Assembly: GCA_009377575.1 (NCBI GenBank) | Contig: WHTU01000002.1 | Coordinates: 22,491 to 46,490, forward strand | Origin: Nitrososphaeraceae archaeon | GTDB taxonomy: Archaea; Thermoproteota; Nitrososphaeria; Nitrososphaerales; Nitrososphaeraceae | DNA length: 24,000 nucleotides | Reading direction: 5' to 3' | Shown here: one piece after another, positions 23,561 to 24,000 of the stretch | Layout: every line of letters begins with the position of its first letter | Numbering within the stretch: position 1 is the stretch's first letter | The notes under the pieces: model-generated | Seen by the model: only the letters and a program-made list of their open reading frames with translations | Databases searched by the model: none | What the model was told of the DNA's origin: nothing | Made by a program: the position numbers and the translations under genes

Positions 23561-24000
23561 TCAGAATTATTGCCTTCCCGCTTTTCCCCTTGTTTTCATA
23601 ACCCAAAAATATGATCACGCAGAAGGATTGATTTATTTTACCTGCTTGACCTCCTAATTGAACTGTGCACTGAGACCGCCACTGTTGGAACGCATATTTC
23701 TGAAACAGAAATCTGTATACAGGCACATTATTTGAAATTCTTTTGCGCCTTTTTCCAACGTATTTCTATCAATGTAAGATTCTCTTGTTTGAATCTAGCG
23801 TATAGGTTATCAATTTATTTTTAAACTTTAGAACTAAAGATAATCGGTGAAGTATGTTTATTTCTAAACCCTTAGAACCAAAAATACTTCTTAATCTTAA
23901 TAATCATCATTTACTTATCGTCTCAATACTATCGAGATGTATTTTCATTTAAGTCACAAATTAAATGCTAGAACTATCAGAACTCGTTCAGCCCTCGATG

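Noticed and set aside
23532-23726. 64-aa minus-strand ORF in the AT-rich tail
   Set aside because: It overlaps the repeat motif region. Its composition is odd and it has no start context, so it is likely spurious.
23965-24000. Possible 5' end of a + strand gene (MLELSELVQPSM...) at the window edge
   Set aside because: Only 12 codons are visible, too little to call a CDS. It is mentioned under the tail-region finding.

Overview
AT-rich, gene-dense archaeal chromosomal segment. The taxon is inferred from gene content only: a eukaryote-type primase pair (priL-priS), archaeal/eukaryal-type GlyRS, a tRNA without encoded CCA, TATA-like boxes 23-30 nt upstream of start codons, a UbiE/MenG-like methyltransferase, and an ammonium transporter followed by two PII genes. 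This fits an ammonia-oxidising Nitrososphaeria (Thaumarchaeota)-like genome.

Most of the window is housekeeping:
- tRNA-Ala(GGC), NUDIX hydrolase, a B12-domain radical SAM enzyme, and an FNR-type reductase.
- GlyRS, PriL and PriS.
- A minus-strand string of nucleotide-sugar dehydrogenase, MtnA, a DUF59-PqqD fusion and a TrmB-fold methyltransferase.
- A minus-strand string of amt, PII, PII and three small orphan genes.

The right end holds one IS5-family insertion sequence (957 bp, 21/26 imperfect terminal inverted repeats). Its transposase is split at a G5A6 tract. A gene-poor AT-rich stretch with short palindromes and repeats follows it.

No CRISPR array, rRNA or recognisable defence system was seen. 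The most unusual items:
- The DUF59-PqqD(RRE) fusion coupled to a divergent TrmB-like methyltransferase.
- A HIT-like zinc-finger ORF directly behind the primase genes.
- Two non-canonical PII paralogues plus three orphan genes behind amt.
- A ~1.07 kb ORF-free gap.
- The +1 rather than -1 frame geometry of the IS transposase.

All protein family calls come from motif recognition by eye, not from database searches.
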